64,000 nt of DNA from Candidatus Iainarchaeum sp. (GCA_018304425.1 JAGVWE010000003.1:64001-128000), one strand, 5' to 3'; counted from the first letter of the stretch, positions 54,579-63,678 are shown. Translations and numbers: made by a program. The notes: generated from the letters alone by a model not told the origin.

Positions 54579-54851
54579 CTAAAATACGCCAACATGGGTC
54601 AATAACCAACACTCGGAATCCAGCGAATAGTTTACCGACTTCACCGCCACGACCTTCAATGTTTTCTCCCCCACTTGGACGCACCGTTCCACGCATTCCA
54701 CGCGCCGGGGACTGCGTGCGCAGTCCAAACCGCATTCGAGGATTTCGACTGCGTCTTCAAGGGTCATGGCATGCTTCGCCAACTCCTTGAAGGCCGCCTT
54801 GCTGGGAAGCACCGGCAGGCCCTTGAAGGACGGGTAAAGCAACTCACCCAC
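54579..54851 (-). CDS. Small toxin-like protein (DUF4258/BrnT-like)
   Basis: SKAAFKEL...LEDAVEILE.G...ERC...KTLKVV...WLLTHVG; directly upstream of the Zn-ribbon/AbrB gene. Confidence 0.55.
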   Translation of the reverse strand: MGELLYPSFKGLPVLPSKAAFKELAKHAMTLEDAVEILECGLDCARSPRRVECVERCVQVGEKTLKVVAVKSVNYSLDSECWLLTHVGVF

Positions 54852-54949
54852 CCCTAAACATATTCTTTAGGCATATGTCATTAATATATGTTCTTGTTTG
54901 CCTTGCGCAACAAAGCATACCAAAGCAAGCAGCCGAACCGATTATAAAT

Positions 54950-54969
54950 TATTCGTCAATTGACGAATA
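54950..54969. promoter_or_regulatory. Perfect 20-bp palindrome beside a TATA-like box
   Basis: TATTCGTCAA-TTGACGAATA, preceded by TTATAAAT. Confidence 0.7.
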
Positions 54970-54997
54970 TATCTGGAAACCCTGAAGGCCCCCTAAA

Positions 54998-55129
54998 CCC
55001 TGCCTGACCGGCGCGCTTCTTTCGGGCCTACGCGATTACACGCCCCGACCGAGGCCTGCTTCCCGAGGCCCAGGGAAGGAGGAAGGAAGCCAGGAAGCGC
55101 CCGCCAAATTAGCCGGATCAGGGCGGGGG
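54998..55129 (+). ncRNA. Putative structured non-coding element
   Basis: Nested inverted repeats: CCCTGC-CTGA-CCGGC/GCCGG-A-TCAG-G-GCGGGG, GCGCTTC/GAAGCGC, GGGCCT/AGGCC[T/C], CTTCCC/GGGAAG. Confidence 0.35.
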
Positions 55130-55208
55130 ACGGGAGGGGCGGCCCACCTAAACAGCCCCAAAAAAAGATATATTTAAATAGATGTACGTGTATATACGTG
55201 TATGGTTG

Positions 55209-55505
55209 GTGATATACATTCCAAGTTATGGGCAAAGAGGAAAAGGCAATATTAGAGCGCAAAGGCGACGCGAGAAAGATAGGGCAAGGACAAGACGCTA
55301 TTTAGCGACGCACCCTCCAGCCGAAGGGGAAACCATCCCAATATCCATTAGAGTGCCAGCTGACCTCCTTGAAGAACTATCAATCATTCGAGAGCAAACT
55401 GGTGTTTCTGTGACATTCCAGATGATTAAGGCCACCAGGGAATACCTGGCAAAGAGGAGAGCCGCAATAGAAAACAGGGGTGAACAGTCCGATGACGAAT
55501 ATTGA
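55209..55505 (+). CDS. Ribbon-helix-helix DNA-binding protein (start uncertain)
   Basis: ISIRVPADLLEELSII...GVSVT..MIKATREYL. Confidence 0.65.
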   Translation: MIYIPSYGQRGKGNIRAQRRREKDRARTRRYLATHPPAEGETIPISIRVPADLLEELSIIREQTGVSVTFQMIKATREYLAKRRAAIENRGEQSDDEY

Positions 55506-56061
55506 TCTATTAGGCGTAATACTGCCAGCACTCGAAAAATACTGGTGGGCACTATTGGTGGCGCTGGCGCTAATTATTATGCCCCAATTCCGGGCGGCGT
55601 TGATACGGGTCAGTGACCACGTTTTGGCCAATCTAGTCGAGCTCATTGGCGTTATCACGTCGGGTTTTTTGCTGCTGGCCAAGCAAGCCACCACACAGGT
55701 TTTTCAAGCAGTGGAAGTAAACCATGTCCAAAAGATTGCGGCGGAAGCGCTGCGAAAACCATATTTTAGCAACGATTGCCGCCGGCTGGTTTGGCGCAAC
55801 CCGGACCGTGGCTTCTATGAATGCTTCTACAATAAGGACAAGGAAGACCCCTACTCAAACAACCTGGTCCATCACTGGGTGTGGAAAAAGCACACGGGAA
55901 GCTATCCAAAGCCAGGCAACGAAATCAACCACAAGGACGGGAATAAGTACAACAACGACTTCAGCAACCTGGAAGAATTACCCAAAGAAGAACACCGATC
56001 AAAGCACGCAAGAAACGAAGTGCCCCTTCAGGCAAAAATAGCCCCATATTGCCTGCTGTAA
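55492..56061 (+). CDS. HNH endonuclease-domain protein with N-terminal TM segments
   Basis: VHHWVW...EINHKDGNKYNNDFSNLEEL...EHRSKH (HNH_3-like); hydrophobic N-terminus. Confidence 0.8.
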   Translation: MTNIDLLGVILPALEKYWWALLVALALIIMPQFRAALIRVSDHVLANLVELIGVITSGFLLLAKQATTQVFQAVEVNHVQKIAAEALRKPYFSNDCRRLVWRNPDRGFYECFYNKDKEDPYSNNLVHHWVWKKHTGSYPKPGNEINHKDGNKYNNDFSNLEELPKEEHRSKHARNEVPLQAKIAPYCLL

Positions 56062-56114
56062 AAGTGCACGAGAGCCAGTTTCCTGTGCCAAGCAAGAAAA
56101 ATACGGGCCTAATT

Positions 56115-56498
56115 TCACTTTTTCAAATATTGCTCGATTATTTTTTTAGTGGGGCGTGACACGTGAATTTTGCGTTTTCCGGGTTCATGCCAATCATAAG
56201 CCGCTATGCCGTGCCCCCGCTGTATTGGAGTGTCCTTCGCCCGAATAAAGAAGACCTTGTGCAATACATAGGGGGCGTCAAGATAATCAAACAAATATCT
56301 ACAAGTAAGAGCGCGTAAGTGCAGTTCTTCGTATAGTTCCCGTTTAGCTGCTTGCGCCCCCGTCTCGCCCGGCTCGACCCTGCCACCAGGCAAAATATAA
56401 AGTTGCTTGTTTGGGGTTTCACCGCGAACAACAAGGAAACGATGCCCCGACTTAGACCAATCTCTAACAATTGCCGTGCCTCTATGTCGTGGGGGCAT
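56115..56498 (-). CDS. NUDIX hydrolase
   Basis: Nudix box GGRVEPGETGAQAAKRELYEEL. Confidence 0.88.
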   Translation of the reverse strand: MPPRHRGTAIVRDWSKSGHRFLVVRGETPNKQLYILPGGRVEPGETGAQAAKRELYEELHLRALTCRYLFDYLDAPYVLHKVFFIRAKDTPIQRGHGIAAYDWHEPGKRKIHVSRPTKKIIEQYLKK

Positions 56499-56556
56499 AC
56501 GCATAATCAGCACAAAAGCAATTAAAAGCCGCTGGGACACTAGATGACGCACCTAA

Positions 56557-56928
56557 TCAATACGGCAGATTCCCCGCCTTCTTGACCGCGCCCCACAGGA
56601 AGCCCCACATGATGATGATGTAGAGGAAGGCGCTGACGACGATGAAGGCCGGCGAGTACACGCGCAGGAGCGCCGCGGCCACCAGGGCCACCAGGACGTA
56701 ATTGCGTGGGATCATCATGGGCACGTTCATGACGACGAGCCAGGCGCCAAGGAAGAACTGGGCGAGGAACTCGTCCCCGATGATGCCGCTCAGAGTGAAG
56801 AACCCCGCGACCACGATGAGGAGCTTGAAGCGCGCGTCGTTGTTCTCCGCCTTCAGGAAGTAGATGGCGATGGCCAGGTAGACGCAGACCTTGACAACGA
56901 GGTTGTACAGGCTCAGCCAGTCCTCCAT
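56557..56928 (-). CDS. Small integral membrane protein
   Basis: Hydrophobic throughout; host-like codon use. Confidence 0.65.
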   Translation of the reverse strand: MEDWLSLYNLVVKVCVYLAIAIYFLKAENNDARFKLLIVVAGFFTLSGIIGDEFLAQFFLGAWLVVMNVPMMIPRNYVLVALVAAALLRVYSPAFIVVSAFLYIIIMWGFLWGAVKKAGNLPY

Positions 56929-56959
56929 GCCACCTAGTACGGGTTTGAGGTTAATATAG

Positions 56960-57259
56960 TTATTTGGCTGGCCCGGGCCGGCAGTGCCTTTCCACCAGGG
57001 CTTTCACGTCTTCGGCTTTCACGCCCTTGTAGTACACGTTGTCGGGGAACACGGCCACGACGGGCCCTTGGCCGCAGTAGTCGAGGCACTTGGCTTGGCT
57101 GACGCGCACCCGGGACTTGAGGCCGCGCTCCTCGACCAGGGCTTTGAGCGCGTCCCTCACTTCCCTGCCACCCTGGGCCGCGCAGCAAGGCTTCCCGGCC
57201 TCGCGCTCGTTGACGCAGACGAAGAAGATTTTCTGGTAACTGGGCTTGAATTCCTGCAT
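56960..57259 (-). CDS. Thioredoxin-like [2Fe-2S] ferredoxin
   Basis: FFVCVNER...CC...KCLDYCGQGPVVAVFPDNVYY. Confidence 0.88.
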   Translation of the reverse strand: MQEFKPSYQKIFFVCVNEREAGKPCCAAQGGREVRDALKALVEERGLKSRVRVSQAKCLDYCGQGPVVAVFPDNVYYKGVKAEDVKALVERHCRPGPAK

Positions 57260-57292
57260 GCAGGGAATGGGCGGAATTGCGCTTAAAAGGCT

Positions 57293-58384
57293 TTGCAGGC
57301 AAGCATTTTTGGGGGAAAGGACTTGGACTTGTTCGCGGAATTCCGGAAGGCCTTGGAACAGTCGCGGGAAAAAAAGGCCCTGGCGTTGTTTGACGAGCTC
57401 TACGCCAAGAAAAAGGAGTTCTACCGCGTCTTCCGGCAACTCGTTCTCGCGGGCGCGCGGCACAAGCCAGGCAGGCGGGAAACGCATGCCTTTCTGCCGT
57501 TGAGTGCATCCCTGCAGTCCATGCAGTTCCTGCGCTCCCGCGAGGAAGTGGCCGTGATGATGCGGCGGCTCATCCGCTACCTGTGCGCCTTGGACCAGGA
57601 AAAGACCACGCTGGAACGGCCGCTGCCCGACCGGCCCCTGCACGAGCACACGACTGCCATGGTGCATGCGGCCGCCACCGGCATCGAAGAGAAACCGGAA
57701 CGCTTTGCCTTGGCGTGCGCGGCCAAGGAGTTAGCGGACTACGTGGGGCAGCCGGACGCGCAAACGGTGTTGGCAGCCCGCGGGCTCGGCTTTGCGCCTA
57801 GCCCGGAATCATTCACCCAATGGAGGACCCCGAAACGGGAGCCGGACGAAATCCTGTTGGCGGCCAGCGCCCGGGCCGGTGCGGCCAACGAAAACCTGGT
57901 GTGGGCCGCTTGCCTGCTCAAGTCCAGGCGCCTGTTTTCGCCAAAAGCGGAAGCCCATTTGCTTGCCTGGCTTGAAAGAAAAATGGGGGCCGGAAAAAAA
58001 GCGTTGACCCCGAAATCCATTGACCAGACCATTGGGAAAACGCATGGCGAGCTCGCGTTGGGCGAAGACGAAGGCCAGGCCCTGCTGGAGCACCTCCTCG
58101 AACCCAACCCGGCGCATGCCTTGTACGTGCTGCGGGAACTCATTGAGTGGCGCGTGGGCTTGCGCACGCTGTACCCTGCCTTCCTGATTGGCGGCTACTC
58201 CTGTGGTCCCGTGGAATGCCTGGATGCCTTGGTGGCCGTGAACGCGGCCTGCCAGGTCGCGGAACGCATCGAGAAACCCCTGGCCTTGATTCCCCTGGCG
58301 CAAGCCGTTCAAACCATTGCGGCCCGGTTGAAGGCCGGCCAGCGCGTGGAAATCCCGTCCAAGACCGTGTTCCCCTGGGAGTGA
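57293..58384 (+). CDS. Hypothetical alpha-helical protein
   Basis: Long ORF filling the gap between two ferredoxin genes; no family recognised. Confidence 0.6.
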   Translation: MQASIFGGKDLDLFAEFRKALEQSREKKALALFDELYAKKKEFYRVFRQLVLAGARHKPGRRETHAFLPLSASLQSMQFLRSREEVAVMMRRLIRYLCALDQEKTTLERPLPDRPLHEHTTAMVHAAATGIEEKPERFALACAAKELADYVGQPDAQTVLAARGLGFAPSPESFTQWRTPKREPDEILLAASARAGAANENLVWAACLLKSRRLFSPKAEAHLLAWLERKMGAGKKALTPKSIDQTIGKTHGELALGEDEGQALLEHLLEPNPAHALYVLRELIEWRVGLRTLYPAFLIGGYSCGPVECLDALVAVNAACQVAERIEKPLALIPLAQAVQTIAARLKAGQRVEIPSKTVFPWE

Positions 58385-58498
58385 TTCGTTCGTTGACCCA
58401 AAACATTATTAAAGGTTAAAGGCCCTAGTTTTGTTAGAGCAGACCCAACGGGAGCTTATTGCAATCGATTCTCATCAGTGGATTGGGGGGAAAGCGTT

Positions 58499-58726
58499 AT
58501 GCCCAAATGGCAAATCATTCACGAACACGACAAATGCATTGGTTGCGGGGCCTGCGCCGCCATTGAGCCCAAGCACTGGGTCATGGAAGGCGACAAAGCC
58601 CACTTGATGGAGTCCCGCAAAGAGGGCACCAACGAAATCAAGGAAGTCGAGCAACTCGACGGCAACCAGGAAGCAGCCGACAGTTGCCCCGTGCCCTGCA
58701 TCTTCGTCAAGAAAATACAGGACTGA
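58499..58726 (+). CDS. Single-cluster ferredoxin
   Basis: CIGCGAC...AADSCPVPCI. Confidence 0.88.
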   Translation: MPKWQIIHEHDKCIGCGACAAIEPKHWVMEGDKAHLMESRKEGTNEIKEVEQLDGNQEAADSCPVPCIFVKKIQD

Positions 58727-58784
58727 ACCCGCTCCATCCCTCCCTCTCTTTTCCCTTTAAATTCCCTTTCGCTCATGGACTTGC

Positions 58785-59849
58785 ATGGCGCGGAAACCCT
58801 TCAACCCGAAAAAACTGCTGCTGCCAGTCTTCGTCTTGCTGCTGGCGGCCCTCTTCATGCGCCTGGGCCCCACCTACCTTCCACCCATGCCGGCCACCCC
58901 ACCGGAAACGGTGGCCCTCCAGGCCGTGGACTGGTCGGCTGGCCCCGGGCTTGTCGCGATGCACTCGATTGACGTCGGCCAAGGCGACGCCAGCCTGCTC
59001 GTGTTCCCCGACGGCAAAACCATTTTGGTGGACGCGGGCAACAACGGCAAAGGCAAGGCCATCCTGGCCTACCTTGACCAAATCGGCGTGCAGCAGATTG
59101 ACTGGCTGGTGGCAACGAACCCCGACGCCGACCACGTGGGCGGAGTGGACGACGTCGTCGAAGGCATTCCTGTCAAAAACTTCCTCGACCCGGGAGTCAA
59201 CTGCGTGACCAAAACCTGCAGGGACAACGATGCGGCGCTCGCCAAGGCAGGAATCCTCAAGACCTTTGCCCACCGGGGCGAGGCCCTGGACCTGGGCGAC
59301 GGGTTCAAGGTCGGCATCCTCAACCCGACAAAACCCCTGTCCTTCGACAAGGAAAACAACAACTCCATCGTCTTGTTCGTGGACACCCAAGGCAAGGACT
59401 TCCTGTTGCCAGGCGACTGCGAAAAAGAATGCGAGGCCCAACTCGTGCAAGCCTTTGGAGACCAGCTGAAGGCCGACGTCTACAAGGCCGGGCACCACGG
59501 CAGCCGCACGAGCTCCACCCAGGAATTCCTCGACCAAATCAAGCCCTCAATAACCGTGGTCTCCGCCGGAAAAGACAACCGCTGGGGCCATCCCCACCCG
59601 GAGACCCTGGAAAAACTCAGGACCATGAACGCGCGCGTCCTCCGCACCGACGAACTTGGAAACATCGCGCTCTACTCCGACCCAGCCCAGGGCTGCTGCC
59701 AGGAGTGCCGTGAAAGCCTCTCCCGGGATCCCCGCGGCGTGGGCCCTTCCGGAATCGCCTGCGCGTCGTACGGAAGCCAGTTGAGCCTGCTGTGCCGCGG
59801 GCAATTCGAGGCCGCGCCGAAGACGGCGGCAGAGTGCCTGGCCTCCTAG
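58785..59849 (+). CDS. ComEC/Rec2-like metallo-beta-lactamase-fold hydrolase
   Basis: IDVGQGDA, LVDAG, TNPDADHVGG, NNNSIV, GD, KAGHHGS and NRWGHPH motifs. Confidence 0.88.
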   Translation: MARKPFNPKKLLLPVFVLLLAALFMRLGPTYLPPMPATPPETVALQAVDWSAGPGLVAMHSIDVGQGDASLLVFPDGKTILVDAGNNGKGKAILAYLDQIGVQQIDWLVATNPDADHVGGVDDVVEGIPVKNFLDPGVNCVTKTCRDNDAALAKAGILKTFAHRGEALDLGDGFKVGILNPTKPLSFDKENNNSIVLFVDTQGKDFLLPGDCEKECEAQLVQAFGDQLKADVYKAGHHGSRTSSTQEFLDQIKPSITVVSAGKDNRWGHPHPETLEKLRTMNARVLRTDELGNIALYSDPAQGCCQECRESLSRDPRGVGPSGIACASYGSQLSLLCRGQFEAAPKTAAECLAS

Positions 59850-59922
59850 GCCCACCCGGAAAACCCAGCCGGCCTGCACGGACGCCACACCGGTTTTAAA
59901 CTGCTTGCATTCCCCTTACCCT

Positions 59923-60786
59923 ATGCTTGGACTCCTCTTCGCCCTCGCCAGCGGGGTTTTCGAAACCCTGGTTTGGGTGCAACTCAAGGGCGCCCAAAAG
60001 AGAGGCACCCCCCTCCCGGTGCTGTTCGGCGTCGGCACGCTCCTATACGCGCTGATGTCCCTGGCCCTGCTTCCCTTCGCTGACCTGTCCAAGCTGACCC
60101 CGACGATGTGGATGCTTAGCGCGGTCAGCGCCGCCATCAACGTCATCGGCTGGTACTTCATGTTGAAAGCCATTGAGCGGCTGGAAGTCTCCATCCTCGG
60201 CTCGTTCGCCGGGGTCTACACCGTGTTTGCGGTCCTGGCCGGCGCCTTGACCCTGGGCGAATGGCCCTCGCCCCTGGGCTGGGCTGGCATTCTCCTCGTG
60301 TTTTTCGGCCTGCAACTGGTCGACCGGTTCAAGCTTGTGACCGACCGCAGGCAACTGTGGAAAAACCCGGGCGTGCAAGTCCGCTTGGCTGCCATCGCAG
60401 CCTGGGTCATCGAAGTGTATTTCGTCAAGGAGGGCGTGGTGCTGGCCGGGCCAGTGAATTTCCACCTGCTCCGGAACGGCTTCCTGCTCCTGTTCGCGTT
60501 GCCCCTGATGTACGCGCTGGATGCCCGGGCTTTCCGCCGGTTTGCGGGCAAGCCCTGGCTCTGGGGCCAGGCGGCGGTCTGGGCGTTCTCCCGCAACGCG
60601 CAAATCTTCACCAGTTTGGTTGCCATCTCCCTCACCTTCGTCGGCTACGCCTCGGCCGTCATGAACACGAACATCCTGTGGACCCTGGCGCTGGGCCACT
60701 TCATGCTGGGAGAAAAACGGGTGCGCGAAAAACTCGTGGCCTGTGGCGTCATCACCCTGGGAGCCGTGCTCGTCAGCCTGGCCTGA
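59923..60786 (+). CDS. EamA/DMT family transporter
   Basis: About 10 TM segments in two repeats (LGEWPS, LGEK). Confidence 0.8.
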   Translation: MLGLLFALASGVFETLVWVQLKGAQKRGTPLPVLFGVGTLLYALMSLALLPFADLSKLTPTMWMLSAVSAAINVIGWYFMLKAIERLEVSILGSFAGVYTVFAVLAGALTLGEWPSPLGWAGILLVFFGLQLVDRFKLVTDRRQLWKNPGVQVRLAAIAAWVIEVYFVKEGVVLAGPVNFHLLRNGFLLLFALPLMYALDARAFRRFAGKPWLWGQAAVWAFSRNAQIFTSLVAISLTFVGYASAVMNTNILWTLALGHFMLGEKRVREKLVACGVITLGAVLVSLA

Positions 60787-60844
60787 CACCCGAAACGGCA
60801 GCATTTTAAACCCCAAAGCCTTACTTGTATGGGTTTTGGGGGAA

Positions 60845-61600
60845 ATGGGTTTGAATCGGAAAACAATTTGTTTGCTGGCATTGCTTGCCCTGATGGGCTA
60901 TGCCTGGGCCCACGGCGAAGCCGAAGAACACGCGGAAGAAGACCGCATGGAACCCTCCGAGTACCTTCCCGTGGACCCCTGGCCCCTGGCCTTGTACGCG
61001 GGCGCCTTCATCCTCCTCGTTTCCTTCGTGGCCTTCATCTCCCGAAACCTGACCACGGACGCCCACAAGAAAATGTTCTTCATCCTCATCGCTGTGCCAA
61101 CCGTCCTCGTCACCCTCTACATGGCCGCGACCACGGTCTACTTGAACCTGGCCTCGACCTCCGGGGGCCCGGTGCACTGGCACGCGGACTACGAGATATG
61201 GGCGTGCGGCGAAAAAGTCGAACACCTGGAGGACGCGGGCCTCCTGTCAAACACCGTTGGAAGCCCTGTGCTGCACCACCATGAAGACAACCGCATCCAC
61301 GTGGAAGGCCTGGTGGTGAACAAGGAAGACATTGCCCTCGCTAAGTTCTTCAAAGTTATCGGCGGCGGCCTCACCGATTCCGCTATTACCCTCCCATTGG
61401 AGGGTGGCGCCGTGAAAACCTACCGTAACGGGGACTTGTGCCCGGACGGAAAGCCCGGCACGCTCCGCCTCTACGTCAAGGAACACCAGACCGGCCAATT
61501 CTTTGAAAGCACGGAAATCGCGGGCTACGTCATCAAGCCGGGTTTCGAGGTGCCGCCCGGGGATTATTTGAAAATCGCGTTCGAGACGGAGGGGAACTGA
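60845..61600 (+). CDS. Membrane protein with a His-motif domain (HWHAD...HHHED..IHVE)
   Basis: Signal peptide ending AWA-HGE, two TM segments, His-motif domain. Confidence 0.75.
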   Translation: MGLNRKTICLLALLALMGYAWAHGEAEEHAEEDRMEPSEYLPVDPWPLALYAGAFILLVSFVAFISRNLTTDAHKKMFFILIAVPTVLVTLYMAATTVYLNLASTSGGPVHWHADYEIWACGEKVEHLEDAGLLSNTVGSPVLHHHEDNRIHVEGLVVNKEDIALAKFFKVIGGGLTDSAITLPLEGGAVKTYRNGDLCPDGKPGTLRLYVKEHQTGQFFESTEIAGYVIKPGFEVPPGDYLKIAFETEGN

Positions 61601-62311
61601 ATGGCGGTAGCCGCTTCCCTGCCCCAACTCGGCACCGTGGTGTTCACGGCCGCCATCGACTCCATCAACCCCTGCGCGATTGGAGTGCTCATCCTCCTCA
61701 TCTCAGCCATCATCGCAACGGCGCAGTCACGGGGCAGGATGCTCAAACTCGGCCTGGCCTACATCGCCGCGGTCTACGTAACCTATTTCCTGGCCGGCAT
61801 CGGGTTGAGCCTGTTCTTCACCCAAATCCCCATCTGGCTCGCGGAATACATTTCCATCCTCGTGGGCGGCTTCATCGTCTTGGCCGGCCTCGTCGAAATC
61901 AAGGACTTCTTCTGGTACGGGCAGGGGTTTACGCTGGCGATTCACCCCGAAATGGCCAAGAGAATCAGCGACTACTCCAAGAACCTCTCGGTGCCGGGCG
62001 TCATGTTCTTGGGCGCCTTCGTTGCCGGCGTCGAACTGCCTTGCACGGGCGCGCCTTATCTGGCCATTATCCTCGTGCTCAAGGAAAGCTTCAACCTCAC
62101 GGCGATAGGGTTGCTGGCCCTCTACAACGCCATCTTCGTCCTGCCCTTGCTCGTCATCCTCCTGCTGGCCTATGGCGGCATGAAGGTAACCGAGTTGAAG
62201 ATGTGGAAGGACCAGAACCGGCCCTACATGCGCCTGGCCTCGGGCCTCACCATGATCGCGTTGGGCTGGCTATTGATATTTATTGCCAATGGCACCATTA
62301 ACTTCGGGTAA
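61601..62311 (+). CDS. CcdA/DsbD-beta-like transmembrane protein
   Basis: Six TM segments with DSINPC and ELPCTG Cys motifs. Confidence 0.8.
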   Translation: MAVAASLPQLGTVVFTAAIDSINPCAIGVLILLISAIIATAQSRGRMLKLGLAYIAAVYVTYFLAGIGLSLFFTQIPIWLAEYISILVGGFIVLAGLVEIKDFFWYGQGFTLAIHPEMAKRISDYSKNLSVPGVMFLGAFVAGVELPCTGAPYLAIILVLKESFNLTAIGLLALYNAIFVLPLLVILLLAYGGMKVTELKMWKDQNRPYMRLASGLTMIALGWLLIFIANGTINFG

Positions 62312-62316
62312 CGCGC

Positions 62317-62595
62317 ATGACGCACACGCTGCACATCGTGAAGCGAAAGGGCCACAAGGAACCCTTTGACGAGAAAAAAGCGTATGGCAGCGTCTACTGG
62401 GCCTGCGCCAGCGCCCACGTGCACAAGGGCGAGTGCGAGCGCATCGCGGCCAAGGCCGTCAAGGCCCTGAACGACTTCATCCACGACAAGAAGGAAGTGG
62501 ACTCCGGCGACCTCTTCGACTTCCTTGGCAGGGAACTCGAGAAGCACCACAAGGACGCGGCCTACATGTTCCGCTCGCACCGCGACCTCTCCTGA
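62317..62595 (+). CDS. Stand-alone ATP-cone domain protein
   Basis: IVKRKGHKEPFDEKK N-terminal ATP-cone signature. Confidence 0.8.
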   Translation: MTHTLHIVKRKGHKEPFDEKKAYGSVYWACASAHVHKGECERIAAKAVKALNDFIHDKKEVDSGDLFDFLGRELEKHHKDAAYMFRSHRDLS

Positions 62596-62604
62596 GGCAA
62601 ACGC

Positions 62605-63120
62605 ATGGACAAGAAACTCGTCATCTACGCTTTGTCCGCCCTGATTGTCACGGCCCTGATTTTCGGGCTCGCCTCCAACCAGGCCAAGCCCCAGGAAATC
62701 CACCACCACTTCGACTTCCTTCTCTATCTCGACGGCCAAGCCGTGGACTTGGGCCAAGACCAATACCAAGCCACGGCGGAGCATCCATTGGACGAACGCG
62801 TGCACCTGCACGACGGCAACGGAAAAGTCGTGCACATCCACGCCGCGGAAGTAACCCTGGACGACTTCCTGGACAGCCTCGGCATCGAACTCCACGAAGT
62901 CGAGGGGCTGCGCATCTACGTCAACGGCCGAGAGGAAAAGCTTGGCCTAGACTATCAACCAAAAGATCTTGACCAAATCCTGGTTACGGACAGCGCCAGC
63001 GAAGCAACCATCCAAGAACAGCTGGCCTCCCTCACCAACAACGCCTGCATTTACTCCGAGAAATGCCCCGAAAGAGGCAAACCCCCGACGGAAAGCTGCG
63101 TCGGGCAATGCGTGATTTGA
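62605..63120 (+). CDS. Membrane-anchored His-motif protein (HHHFD...HLHD...HIH) with Cys-rich tail
   Basis: N-terminal TM; His motifs; ACIYSEKCPERG...C...C. Confidence 0.75.
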   Translation: MDKKLVIYALSALIVTALIFGLASNQAKPQEIHHHFDFLLYLDGQAVDLGQDQYQATAEHPLDERVHLHDGNGKVVHIHAAEVTLDDFLDSLGIELHEVEGLRIYVNGREEKLGLDYQPKDLDQILVTDSASEATIQEQLASLTNNACIYSEKCPERGKPPTESCVGQCVI

Positions 63121-63678
63121 ATGGAAACCGACGGCGACCACATCTATATCAACCGCAAATTCGTGCCAAAGACCCTATTGATGGGGATTTTTCTGCTGGC
63201 GCTGGGCGGAGCCCCCTTCCTGTTACCAGACGCCTCCACACTCTGGGAAACAAGCCGAGACGAAGGGATGGCATGGACCTGGCCCTTCGTGTTATTCCTC
63301 GGCGCGTGCGCAATCGTGCTCTCTGTCAAGTACTATTTTTTCCCGCAACCGCTCTTTGTGCTCTCTGCGGAAGGCATTGAATGGGGGCGGAAAGTCCGCG
63401 GCTTCAAACTCGCCTGGACTGAAATCAAGGCCCTGCAGGCGTTCACGGTCACCCACGAGAACACCCCTGTTATGCGGGGCCTGGGCGTGGTGCTTGCCAA
63501 CCCCGAAGCCGTCTTCGAACGTTTCAAAACAGTCGACAAAATCATGGCGCTTGCCTCGGAGGCAACCGGCTCCCCGGTTGTCTACCTGCCCCTGGACAAC
63601 CTGAGCGTGAGCGATGAAGAACTCTTGGCGCGCATCCGCAAGTACTTCCAGGGCCCCATCGAACTCAAGTCAACGTAG
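63121..63678 (+). CDS. Membrane protein (two TM segments plus a PH-like soluble domain)
   Basis: Two TM segments then LSAEGI...LAWTEIK pattern. Confidence 0.65.
   Translation: METDGDHIYINRKFVPKTLLMGIFLLALGGAPFLLPDASTLWETSRDEGMAWTWPFVLFLGACAIVLSVKYYFFPQPLFVLSAEGIEWGRKVRGFKLAWTEIKALQAFTVTHENTPVMRGLGVVLANPEAVFERFKTVDKIMALASEATGSPVVYLPLDNLSVSDEELLARIRKYFQGPIELKST

Noticed and set aside
55030-55100. SRP RNA or RNase P RNA assignment for the structured element
   Set aside because: The conserved SRP helix-8 motif (CAGG-CCC-GGAA-GGG-AGCA-like) and the RNase P GAGGAAAGUCC motif are not matched.
57260-57667. Long N-terminal extension of the [2Fe-2S] ferredoxin
   Set aside because: It is antisense to the 57293 gene. 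The ferredoxin domain starts at ATG 57259.
59100-59145. His-to-Asn change in the ComEC-like metal motif (TNPDADH)
   Set aside because: All other motifs are intact, and a single substitution is not enough to claim altered function.
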